Shown here: piece by piece, positions 15,501 to 26,586 of the stretch | How the letters are laid out: each line of letters opens with the position of its first letter | Position numbering within the stretch: the first letter of the stretch is position 1 | Assembly: GCA_965645245.1 (NCBI GenBank) | Contig: OZ287068.1 | Coordinates: forward strand, 2,356,001 to 2,420,000 | Source of the DNA: Massalongia carnosa | Lineage: Eukaryota | DNA length: 64,000 nt | Reading direction: 5' to 3' | The notes under the pieces: generated by a model | Seen by the model: only the letters and a program-made list of their open reading frames with translations | Database searches by the model: none | What the model was told of the DNA's origin: nothing | Translations under genes and position numbers: made by a program

Positions 15501-18500
15501 GGTTCTGTAAAACGGTTCATTAATATCCAATTGCAAGTCCTCATTCGACTGCCCAGCTAAACTCGAATGTGTGATGCAAAATTTTACTTTGCTGTCAGTT
15601 AAAATAGCACGAAGCCTATTAACTGGCGTTTCCGGTGTCATTGCCAAATAACCTGCCCCGACTTTCACAACTCCCAAAATACTTATGTACAGATCCACGG
15701 ATTTTCCCAGGCATATACATACTAACTCGTTTGACGATATGTCTCGTTGCAAGAGATAATGCGCAAGCTGATTTGCTCTTACGTTGAGGCTGTGATAGGA
15801 AACTCTCTCTGCTTCAACAACAGGCCCATTTAGTTCTCGCACAAATTCGATTGCAATCCGGGTTGGCTCATTATGAGCGAGAAGCTCAACCGTTTGAGAT
15901 AACCCCGCAGGATTCTGATGGTGTTCTGGGCTGGGATTCTCGAAAGAAAGAAGCTCATCATCAAGATGGTGGCTAAGCTCGGTCAGGAGCGTGAAAGGCT
16001 GAGACGTAAGAGCTATGATTAAATGATCCATTTGGCGCAGGAAAATAGTCATCTGACTCTCGGGGAAAACTGACCGCTGATAATTGGCTTTGATTTGGAA
16101 GGCTCCCTCGTTCGGGTTCACTTCCAAGGTCAGATTACATTCAAGATAGTCTTTGGCATCGACCTGGGTGACAAGCTCAGGACTCCGCTCCTGCAATGTT
16201 TGTTGCCATATCAGCATTGCATCGAAGAGCGGGAGCCCGGGCGCAATCCCGCAAATCTTCTTTATCTCTTGTAATGGAAGCTCGTGGTGCTCTAGCAGTT
16301 CTCTGTTAAGTCGATGAACGGCTTGGATCAGATCTTGAGCAGTCCTAGAGTGAGCTACATCCAGCCTGAGGGGCAAAGTGGCAAAACAAGGACCGATGAT
16401 ATCCTCAATGCCGGGAACTGGAAGGGTCCGGCCTGATGAGACGGTGCCCATGATGACATCAGAGCTGCCAATATACATACCCAGCAGCCAAGCAAAAGCA
16501 GCCTGGAATAGGGCTTGAGGACTGACGCCAAGATTTCTTGAGGTCGATACTAGATCAGCCAGGCACGTGGTCAACGCAAAAGTAGATACACCTAAGCCGG
16601 GCTCTATATCTGTTTTCCCATGCAAGTTTGGTACTCTGCAGCTGGATGCATCTTGGAGATGGGTTTGCCAGTAGTCTTTGGACAGCGCCAACTTTGCCAG
16701 TGTTGAGGGGTGATTATAGAAACTCACGAGTTCTCTAAACTGGCACCGGGGGCGTAAAGGCTGCTTTCGGAGAATTAAGTCCAAGTCGCTGACTACATGC
16801 TCCCACGACCATCCATCGTAAAGAGCGTGATGGAGTTGGACCAAAATTCTGGATATTCCTCCGAAACTCCGTAAATGTACCCGAAGAGGCTTCAAGAACT
16901 CATCGGCTGTCTGGATGCGAAAGCTCCTTTTGGAAGATGACGATTGGCTTATCTGAAATTCAGATAAATTACTCCAAATCACTTGAACGAAGGGATGTAG
17001 CTGGTTCCCTGATTGAGCAAAGCCAGTACGCAATATCTCGTTCCGATCTGCTAAGTGGATAAAGGCTAATTGTACTTGGTCGAGTTTGACACTATCCAGG
17101 CATTCCAGCTCAACCCAATTGCAGTAAGCTTGGTGGTTTGCTTTGGTTTCGGCCAGCATTGCAATCTGTAGCGGCGTGCATGGAATAACATCATTAATGC
17201 TGCTGTATTCCGATTCTGAAAGTCTACTTTGTAATTCGTTGAGAACATCTTCCCGAACATTAACCCAGTCACCCGTTGGTAGCCTCGAATTGCTGGAGCG
17301 AGTTAAGCTTTCCAAAGGACGCGAAGCTTCTACAATTCGTTTGATAGTGTTCGCCTTCAGGATATCAACAACCCCAGTATTAATGTTTACTGACCGTAGT
17401 CTCGAGGCTAAGCGAATCGCAGACAGCGAATCAAGCCCCGCTGCAGCCAAATTCACTGAGAGATCGAGGCTGAGACCCAGAACATCCTGAATGGCTTTAC
17501 CAATCTTCGCTTCCATTTCAGTTTGTTCATTCCGCGGGATCGAGCTTGAAGTTTTTATTTCCTTTTCATATTCTGCCCTGAGCTTTAACGCGTCAACTTT
17601 ACCAGATGGTAATCGTGGCACGTCTTTCAGTAGAACCACATCACCTGGCACCACAAAACCTGGTAGCCAACGGCGACAAGTTTCCCAAACGTCAGCAGAA
17701 GTAACCTTAGGGTTCCCGGCAACGCAAAATAGCACCACAACCGCACCAACAACTACAGCAGTGGCACTCCTTATGCCTTCCATTTGATATGCGACCTGCT
17801 CTATTTCTCCAAGTTCAATTCTCTGTCCTCGCAATTTCACTTGGCCGGAATTCATTCTTCCCAAGCACTCGAAGACCCCGCCCGGAAGAAGTCGTGCCTT
17901 GTCGCCGGTTCTATAGACGCGTCCATATAGGCGAGTCTCCACAAAAGCAGAAGCTGTCTGCTCAGGACGATTGATATATCCGTCTGCTACCTGCAGTCCA
18001 GCAATCGCAAGTTCACCAATGTGTCCCAGTGGAAGTACCTCTATATCTGGAGATACTTCCCCCGAAGCCTGTGAAGCAACAATCAGACAAGAGACAGTAC
18101 CGAGAGGCACACCAATAATTCCGACTTTGAATTGTGACGAAAATGTAGTGGCTAGCGTGCAATGTATAGTCGCTTCCGTGGGGCCATACATGCCATGCAA
18201 GATGCCTTTCTTCGAGGGGGTATCGCCGAATTCATCAAGAACCGGACGAGTGAGCATCTCGCCAATAGTCAAGAGAACCTTCAGCTTCGGTACTCGAGTT
18301 CGGGTTTGAATCAAAGTTCCTACTACTGTTGGTGTTAGCTCCGCCGCATCGACACTGAGTAAAGTAATCATCGCAGGCAAGTCACGTAGGAGCTCCGTTC
18401 GGTCGCAGCCAACAAGTGTTTTACCTCGGTATAGAGGAAAGAACATCTCGAACACAAATACATCGAAAGTTGGAGCTGCGAACTGCAGAAAACGATGAAA

Positions 18501-19677
18501 TGTTGGGATGTGTTCATCATGTGCCAGGAGAGCCTGGGTGGCAGATAGATGGGATATTTCAACTCCTTTTGGTTGTCCTGTGGAGCCCGACGTGTACATA
18601 ACATACGCAAGGTTGGCTGGGCTGGGTATGCCGGACCAGATCTCACGCTCATCATAGTCTTCCGAGAATTGGTCTGCCAGGATGATCCGTGGGCAATTTT
18701 CCCAAAAAAATTTCCCTCTCAGGTCAAGGGTCGTGACAATTAATCTGGCAGCCACGTCACCGGCAATGAATCTGAGGCGCTCCGGTGGTGTATCAAGGTG
18801 TAAGGGACAAAAAGCGGCTCCTGCTTTCAGGATTGCAAGTATAACAATATACAGATCCATACATTGGGGGACCAACAACGGGATAATGCTTTGCTTCTGG
18901 TCGTCGACAGGCTTTGAAGTTTGGAGGATACGCCGAATTCGAGCCGCCACTATACTAGAGCGGTTATGAAGTTCAGTATAAGACACGGTCTGCGATTTTC
19001 CGTCTGGATGGCGAAACTCGATAGCACAAGCATCGCTGTCTTCATGTCTATTTATCAAGTGGTGCAGCAAACCAGGTCCGACTAGTCTGCGCGGGGCTTT
19101 GTTTATAATTGAGAGTTCTAAATCAGGCATGCCTTGCCACGAGAATACATGGCCAGGAGAGCCTGTTCTTTGTTGGACTACATAAACGAGTTGCTCGCTT
19201 ATATGTCGCAGTTGTTTGGTAGTCATGGGCAAGGAGCAAACCAAGGATGATTCTAAACCTTTCTCATCATAGCGTAAAACCACATCAAATCCCTTCAGGA
19301 TTGATTCCTGTGAACGTGAGTGTTGGGGCCACCAAACAAACCAGAAAACTTGCCCCTTCAGTAAAGATACCTGTGTATCTTTCTCCTTCCACTGCCGTCA
19401 TATGAATCACTTCTGGTGAAGCCTCACTCAAAACATCGACTGTAACGCTATCTCCATTGATCCTGAACGTTGGTGTGGCCTCTTCAGTATAACACCGAAG
19501 GACAATTGCCCAAGCTATTACAAGAACATCGAGAGAAGCTTGAACAAGAAAATCAATAGAGTTTGGAGAGACATCATCCGTCGCCACGATTGGCCTCAAG
19601 GGAGACAAATCGGGAAACCGGGTGTATCTTACAGGCTCCATCAGAAAATCTTCACTCGCATGGAGGAGATAAGTCAT
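3528..19677 (-). CDS. sidC: Ferrichrome-family (ferricrocin-type) siderophore NRPS, NPS2/SidC-like, about 13 introns
   Basis: Three A domains (YVMYTSGSTGQPKG, YAVFTSGTTGAAKG, YCLYTSGTSGTPK; YGPTE/YGPSE; YRTGD/YRSGD; QVKLRGQR). Six T domains (GLDS). Six C domains (HHALYDG, HHALYDG, LHAIFDA, FHALYDG, SHALYDG, HHALYDG). Order is A-T-C-A-T-C-T-C-A-T-C-T-C-T-C. The last exon ends ...DVGIWFPESLRGVQYMEELLEELRVGLEGI* at 3528. It lies divergent to sidA. Confidence 0.93.
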
Positions 19678-19891
19678 GGAAGTAAAGCCAAAAGCAAAAG
19701 ATTAGTCCTTGGGGTATGTGATCATTAAGTAGCCATCCCACGACAGCCATGATACACGCTTTAGAGAGAACCCGCATCTTGAACACAATGAAAGTGGCAC
19801 TTGATGAAGATCATAGTTGAGTGACACGCCATGCCACCAATCACGGCACGCGCAATAGAAATCATGCAGAGCAATCAGAATAACACAACCA

Positions 19892-19923
19892 TTGATTAGC
19901 AACTGACTTGATTAGCAACTGAC
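19892..19923. repeat. Perfect 16-bp tandem duplication TTGATTAGCAACTGAC upstream of the NRPS
   Basis: 19892-19907 is identical to 19908-19923. Confidence 0.85.
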
Positions 19924-20219
19924 AGCCTTTGAGGAGGAAGTGGATGGGTAGAAATCGACACTCGAGGGTGTCTCTTCAAGGCCGAACCACAGGAGTAACC
20001 TCATCCTCCGGTCGGGTAGTAGTAGCATTTCAAGCATCCGCCTTTCCAAGTTCCAAGTGAAAATTGACGTAAAGCAAGGACCCTGGCGGTAAGCGCAATG
20101 TGTACTCTGTACAGAGCACACCCACCCCAATCGAAAAGGAACAACTTCATTTACGTCAGCAGATGAATTGATAAAACGAATAATCATTCCACATTCAGTT
20201 ATCTTGCGACGGAAACGTT

Positions 20220-20257
20220 GATACTCTACCGAGTACTCGATACTCTACCGAGTACTC
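20220..20257. repeat. Perfect 19-bp tandem duplication GATACTCTACCGAGTACTC
   Basis: 20220-20238 is identical to 20239-20257. Confidence 0.85.
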
Positions 20258-21214
20258 TCACAAGTTTTCCTTAGCGATTATGTCACGTGCCGTGATCAGT
20301 CTTGATCGCACGTGAATTTGCAAAGTTAGCGTATCCCCGCGTGCTGTTCCCAGTTATCCTCCATCCAGTCACGCCGTAAACTCCTTAAAGCCTTCAAAGA
20401 ATCCTTGTTTGATGTGCAGCTGTCGAACATCACCTAGCTGCAGTCGCTTCATCAAGCTAACAACGCTCCGTCAAAATCCCTCGAGCAGCAGCAGATCCAG
20501 CTTCTTTACAGAGTACTCTGTACTATGAAGCGTTCTTTATGCCAGAATTCCATGAAGCTCTAAAAGATACCTTAGCTTGAATGACAAAACTCCGTCGTTC
20601 GAAGTTGCGTTGGCCCAGATCAGTAGGATACTAGGCATTTATTAACTTTGACGTGAAGGCCAGGCGGTGTGATCGCTGATGCTCTTTGGCTAGCAAAGGA
20701 ATAGCTTTTCTGAAGTTCCGAATGAATTTCTCTTAGTGTTTAGCTGTCGGTACATAGATCATGACGAACTCAGGAAATATGCAGCTCAGGGCGACTTAAT
20801 GAGGGCTCGGCGAGGACCTTATACATGGTGTTGACTTCGGTCCAGACCCACTTCTACTACTCATAGATCATGGGTGTGATTCGAACGGATGCAAGGTACA
20901 GTGCAGGCATATGCGAAAGTTCATGCCGTAGGCACCAATTCGGGTTGAAAAACTTCTCCAGATGACGGCCAGGTGCCATTTGGGCAAAGCTCCTCATCCC
21001 ACCACGCTGTCTCTATCTAGGGTGCACGCCAACATGACAGAAATGGTCTACATTAGTTCCTGCTAGTATGCATGGTTCATGCACGTAAGAGCTTTCAATC
21101 ATGCCTTGAGCGCGGAGTGGAGCATGGTTGCGAAGCATGGATAGTGCAGTTGCAAATATCTTGAACAATGCAGCACCAAATCAGTACATTATGCATAAGC
21201 CTCGATGCTGGAGA

Positions 21215-21266
21215 ATCTGATAACTCGAAATTCTTCTTCAAGTTATCGTATCAGATCATCTGATAA
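21215..21266. promoter_or_regulatory. Cluster of SreA/Urbs1-type iron-repressor GATA sites in the NRPS-sidA divergent promoter
   Basis: ATCTGATAA occurs at 21215-21223 and 21258-21266, with minus-strand ATCTGATAC (21248-21256) and GATAA (21243-21247). These match the ATCWGATAA SreA consensus. Confidence 0.8.
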
Positions 21267-22245
21267 CCTAATTACAAGTTCAGATGAGAAAGGATCCCAC
21301 CGTTAACTCCATCACTTCATCAGCGTTCATGTTATTCCTCTTTATGACAAGGCTCTATCGTCCGGCTAAATACTTACAATATGTTGCTTTTGCTGTATTT
21401 TTATCTTAAGGCTTGAAAGATTAATGTTCGCCTCAAACTGATGGGGTCGCTGAGTCGAGCGGAAGTTCATTTATAAATTAGGAGAGGTTGACAATAAGCA
21501 TGTTGCTCACCCTTCGCCAGCATGACTTGCTTCTTTTCAATGAATACCTATGAAGGATATTTTCGGATAGTAAATGGTCTTCACCCCGTTTTTTTCTCGT
21601 CCAGATTCCATTTCCGGTTCCCCCTATAGTTCTGCAAATGCAAGTACAACTCATGCAGCCCCCACATATGCGATTTCGTCTGACGCGATCCTCCCTAGAT
21701 ATATATCCTTTGAACTGCTTGTTGAATTTTCTATTCTCCTGTTAGTGAGTTTCTTAACGATGAACGGTTTATGACTAGCGGCACGTGCTATTTGCTGCTC
21801 CTTCCCGAATGCTCCTTCAAATACTCTCTTCCATAGAAACCTACTGGAAGTATATCTTGCTCTAAGTGCCACTTCAAGAGAGAAGCTCTTTTATGGGAAG
21901 GCTCTCTTTTATGTTTAGCATTCATTACATTTACTTCCTACGTGCATTTACAAAGCGTGTATACATCAAATGCGGGGTTTAAGCCATAAATACCTCTCGG
22001 GAGAAAGCGCAACAATCAATATGCATTCCGAGGATTAGCAATACACGAGCATTTCCGACAGAGTTGTGGTATTCACTTGTGCATCACACCCAAACCGAGT
22101 CGCTACTGATTAATAACATGATATAAACCAACTCCTTCCTGTTCGATGAGCTGAGGATTGCTTGAAGTCCTACATGAACCACGGGTTGTTAGCGAAAATA
22201 AACCATCCAATTATATAGGAGTCCCGACGCATTATACCAGGCACA

Positions 22246-23898
22246 ATGACTCCCCCAGATCGCTCCGTACTCCGGCATATAGACCCCGGGGAGCTACACG
22301 ATCTCATATGCGTCGGCTTTGGACCCGCGTCTCTGGCTATCGCGGTCGCTCTACATGACGTGTTTTCTACCACATCAGGCGGGACTCCTCCCCCAAGAGT
22401 GGCCTTCTTTGAACGCCAACAACAATTTGCATGGCATGCTGGAATGCTAGTACCTGGAGCAACAATGCAGATTAGCTTCATTAAGGATCTTGCAACATTG
22501 CGCAACCCTAAAAGCGAGTTTACCTTTCTAAACTATCTACATTGCCGTAAGAGGCTTGTACATTTTTCAAACCTCGGAAATTTTTTTCCATTACGGCTAG
22601 AATACGAGGACTATCTACGGTGGTGCGCGGGGTGGTTTGAGGAAGTTGTTGAGTACGACCAAGAAGTCTTGGATGTTACACCTGGACGGCCTGTCACCAT
22701 TGATGGGAAAGTGAACTCATTTGTGGTGAAATCGAAAAATGGCACTACAGGTAAAATAACCACCTGCAGATCAAAGCATGTGGTCATTGCCATCGGTGGG
22801 AAGCCCAGAGTGCCGGAAGCGTTACCAACCCATCCAAGAATCTTCCATTCGTCCCGTTACACGCGAGTCATCCCAGCTCTGTTGAAAGAGCTGGGACATC
22901 CCAGTTCCGATTGCAACGGCAACGGTTTTGTGGCTCAGCTTCCCCCTTTGCATATTGCCGTTATTGGCAATGGTCAAAGCGCCGCTGAGATATTCAACGA
23001 TCTACACTCCAGATGTCCGCAAATCAAATGCTCGATGTTGATCAAAGGGGCTGCTTTAAGGCCTAGCGATGATTCGCCATTGTGGGTACCAAAAAGTTCT
23101 TGAGAAAATCGGCTAACTCTCGTCAGTGTCAATGAAATCTTCAATCCCGAATACACCGATTCTCTCTACGTGCAGCCCCCAGAAGTGCGGAAAGCAGCAA
23201 TAGTCGAAGACAAAGGCACCAACTACGGTGTTGTGCGCTTGGAGCTGCTAGAGCGTATCTACGGCACAATCTACGAGCAGCGAATCAAAAGTCCGGACGA
23301 GGGATCATGGCACCATCGCATCCTACCCTTTCGCCAAGTCACCCGCGTCGTGGACCTTCCAACCACTAAACGTGTCAGTCTCCGCATCAAGAACGTTAGC
23401 CGGGGATTTGGGCAGAGCAACGGATCTACGGAGGAAACCCTAGACGTGGATGTCATCTTCACCGCCACGGGGTACGTGCGCGACGCTCACGAGCAGATGC
23501 TCCGACCGGCCGAGTTTTTGCGGCCCTTTTCGGAAAAGCGCGCGGAATCGCAAGCGTGGCACGTCGAGCGAAACTATCGCGTGCAGTTCCGGCCAGGGTC
23601 CGTCAGCGATGACTCCGGCCTGTGGCTGCAAGGGTGCAACGAAGCCACGCATGGATTGAGCGACGTGCTGCTTTCGGTCCTGGCAACCCGGGCGGGCGAG
23701 GTGGTCGAGTCTATTTTCGGCCACTCCTTGAGGATAGGTGGTGGGGGTCGTGCGAATGGGCTTGAGGAGCACGGCACTGACTCGAGCCTAGGATCTCGGC
23801 CGAAGAAGTCTGGCGCCATCAATGGGAACGGGGTTTGTGGGGGAGGAGGTCGGTTGAGTGCTGCAAGCGAGCTTAGGGCCGAGGCACTGGGGGGATGA
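22246..23898 (+). CDS. sidA: L-ornithine N5-monooxygenase (siderophore biosynthesis)
   Basis: Motifs HDLICVGFGPASLAIA, WHAGML, MQISFIKDLATLRNP, GNGQSAAE, ATGY and WLQGCNEATHGLSD. An intron at 23082-23126 restores DDSPFVNEIFNP. Confidence 0.96.
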
Positions 23899-24476
23899 GA
23901 GCGCTTGAATGAAAAAGAAACTTAGCCAGCGATAGAGTGGAATTTGCTTTGATGAGACGTTCATGCACGAGGAAGATGGCTTCACTTACATTCCTTGCGA
24001 TCTGTCTCTGTAAGGAATCATTCTCTCTGCAATTATATAGCTACGCATAGTATTCATCAGCCTCCTCCACCTGTTTCGAAATAGTTATCCCCTCTCCTCC
24101 TAAAACTTCAAACCCCAAAATAGGATAAATCCGAGAAAACCCCTCATCATTGACCAACTCCCTCGGGGGGGTTGTCGTATCAAAGACGTATTTCCACTCC
24201 TACTTCTACTCCTACATATCCCTATCCCTAATACGATTCAATTTATATACTCAATATATAATATACACACACAGACATCTAATATCCTTGAATATCAAGC
24301 TCTTGAAGACGAAGAGATCTGAAGAGAAGAGAAACCGCGTCGAGGGTTTTTGACGCACGCATACACGTATGCGGGTCTGCGGTGATGATGGTTGAGAGAG
24401 AGGGGGGAAGGGAACGAAGGGATAGAGAAATTAAGAAGTTCAAGATGATATAAATGAGCAAATAAAGTGAACAAAT

Positions 24477-25114
24477 GATGATGATTGATTCTTGTACCGA
24501 TCTGACACCGGCCGAAGGCCGGCCCATGCGGGCTATCTACTTATTCTTACAGGGAAACCCTTTTAAAGGGACAAAAACCATGCAGACTGCGCCATTATCC
24601 CAAACGTGTTCCGTTTCTAGACTGCATTCTTCGCTCGATGTTCTGTGAAATCCTTGACAAAATGAGAGTTATCACTCGTATAACAGTTGCGATGCTAGTG
24701 AAAATTGGGTCAGCAAATTTGCTTTTATTATCCATGTGGTTAGTTTTTTCAACATTTTCGACGAGCTCATGATCGTTCGATAGTCGTTGGTGCCTATTTG
24801 TTTTAGCACTTCGTATCTGCCGTCGATTAGCCTGCAATGTAGAATGATGTGTTTGGCTGTCTGCTTCTGCCATCCGCACGAGCAGGCCGGGGTCATAACG
24901 CCCGGTACCCGACGATTGAACAGGAAGTTTGCCAAGCCTATTTTTTCGGTGCGGATTTGCGTGGTTAGCGCGCTTTCCGCTTTCATCAGGTTATTGTGAA
25001 TCTTCAGTCTCGTCCTACTGAGAGATCCCAACTGTGCCTCTGTCGGGCGGGGAATGCGGTTCTGGTACGTCTTCCATTTGGAGTCCCAGCGTTCCTTGAT
25101 GCGTTCTGTGGTGG
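24477..25114 (-). mobile_element. 5'-truncated Tad-like LINE (3' end of ORF2, 3' UTR, (ATC)n tail)
   Basis: ORF remnant QIRTEKIGLANFL..CSCGWQKQTAKHIILHC is a LINE C-terminal zinc knuckle. A 13-bp TSD AAAGTGAACAAAT lies at 24464-24476 and 25115-25127. The tail reads GATGATGATT on the + strand. Confidence 0.9.
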
Positions 25115-25281
25115 AAAGTGAACAAATAAGCATTACTCTCAAAATCTAACTTTGAATTCCCTCTTCTCCCCCTCAAACAAGGGCGAGCTAACGAGCGAGA
25201 GATATAGTTGTCGCGCGGGATTCAAAAAGGGGGAAAAGGCGGCGAAGGTCCGAGGAAGAGATAGGTGTATGTTTGAAATAA

Positions 25282-25457
25282 TGAGATGGTTCTATGTCAC
25301 GTGAGGCCCCTGAGTCAAAGTAAATTAAGAATCACCCTCTGAAAATTCTTTCCTCATCCACTTCTTCTCACTCGGCCTCATCCATCTCACTGACTCGTCG
25401 TCGACCCCACGTTGTCTCGGTGCCCCTACCTCGCTGTCAGTGCTTGCTGCTTTTCCC
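25282..25457 (+). repeat. Split direct repeat A1 (176 bp), identical to A2 at 29566-29741
   Basis: Both run TGAGATGGTTCTATGTCACGTGAGG...GCTGCTTTTCCC; no mismatches seen by eye. Confidence 0.95.
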
Positions 25458-25526
25458 ATCTCACTGACTCGTCGTCGACCTCACGTTGTCCTCGGTGCCC
25501 CTACCTCGCTGTCGGTGCTTTTTCCC
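25382..25526 (+). repeat. Imperfect ~74-bp tandem duplication in the 5' leader of the YR retrotransposon
   Basis: CCATCTCACTGACTCGTCGTCGACC...CCTACCTCGCTGTC starts at both 25382 and 25456. Confidence 0.85.
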
Positions 25527-25527
25527 A

Positions 25528-26541
25528 ATGACGAACACCCGTTCCCAAAGCACCCCGATGGACGACATAGTCCCCGACTCCTAGGAGATTGTCGGATTGA
25601 CGCAGGCCCAGTCCAATCAAATCTTCGCCCTACAAAAGAAGAAAGCCGAGGCAGAAGCGAAGGCGGCCGAGGCTGAGGCCAGAATTGCCGAGTCCAAGGC
25701 ATTGGTCGCCGAGAAGGAGGTGGAAAAAATGCAGCTAGAAATCGACTGCATGCGCCGAGAATCTGACGCCCGAATAGCGGCCGTCATTCCTGCTGGCAAG
25801 CCGAGTCGTGTCGTCGGCGATGACGACGAGGACCTAGGTGAGATCCCTCTCGAAGTAAGAAGTATAGCACCCCGTTTCGCGGGCCTACCACAGGACGAGA
25901 TCATCAAGATCTTTTCAAATAAATTCAAAGCCATCAACCTCTCCCGCCTCCGACACATGCACGGCATGCAATACGAGTCCTACAAGGATCAGGACCGCAT
26001 CGGCATCGAAGACGGCGCCTTGAGGTTGAGAAAGGCATCCGGGACCTACAAAGATTTCGGAAAGACAGTTCATGACGTCTGGACCGAGAGCTTCATCAAC
26101 TACACCTCGATCATGGTCAGTCTTTTCGGGAAATCGAGTCAACAGCTTCACGCCACCATGTCGGCATTCCACGGAAAAATCCTCACGCTGGCCAAGGTGT
26201 ACGAGTGGCAGGAAGCAGTCCTCCCCCTCGCCATCGAAACCCACACTCACATCATCGCGTCTCAGCCATCCGACGCATCCCAATGGAAAATGCCCGACGA
26301 ATTCCAAGCTCGATTCTGCACCCCCCTCACAGTCCTACGCCGTCGCCGCTCACGATCCCCGCCGTCCCGGCGACCGACCCCGAGAGGAGACAGGGCCGAT
26401 AGGGCCGAGAAGGCAGCGGGGGAAATCTGCGACAAGTACAACAGCGGCACCTGCACCTGGCCGTCGTGCTACCGACAGCACAAATGTAAATCGTGCGGCG
26501 CGGCTGGGCATGGCCAGAAGACATGCCCAACGAAGAAATAG
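25528..26541 (+). pseudogene. gag-like ORF1 of the YR retrotransposon with an early nonsense codon
   Basis: ATG at 25528 reads MTNTRSQSTPMDDIVPDS*EIVGLTQAQ, with TAG at 25582. A coiled coil follows, then a C-terminal CCCH+CCHC finger CDKYNSGTCTWPSCYRQHKCKSCGAAGHGQKTC. Confidence 0.8.
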
Positions 26542-26586
26542 GGGGTTGGTGCAGGAGGCAGTAGAATAGCTTCAATAGCTGAATTC

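Noticed and set aside
4066..18969. Many short plus-strand and alternative-frame ORFs over the NRPS
   Set aside because: Antisense or shadow ORFs of a long coding sequence, with no independent motifs.
24517..24533. HDV-like ribozyme (starts GGCCGGC)
   Set aside because: Only a superficial 7-nt match, no nested pseudoknot found, and it is antisense to the LINE 3' end.
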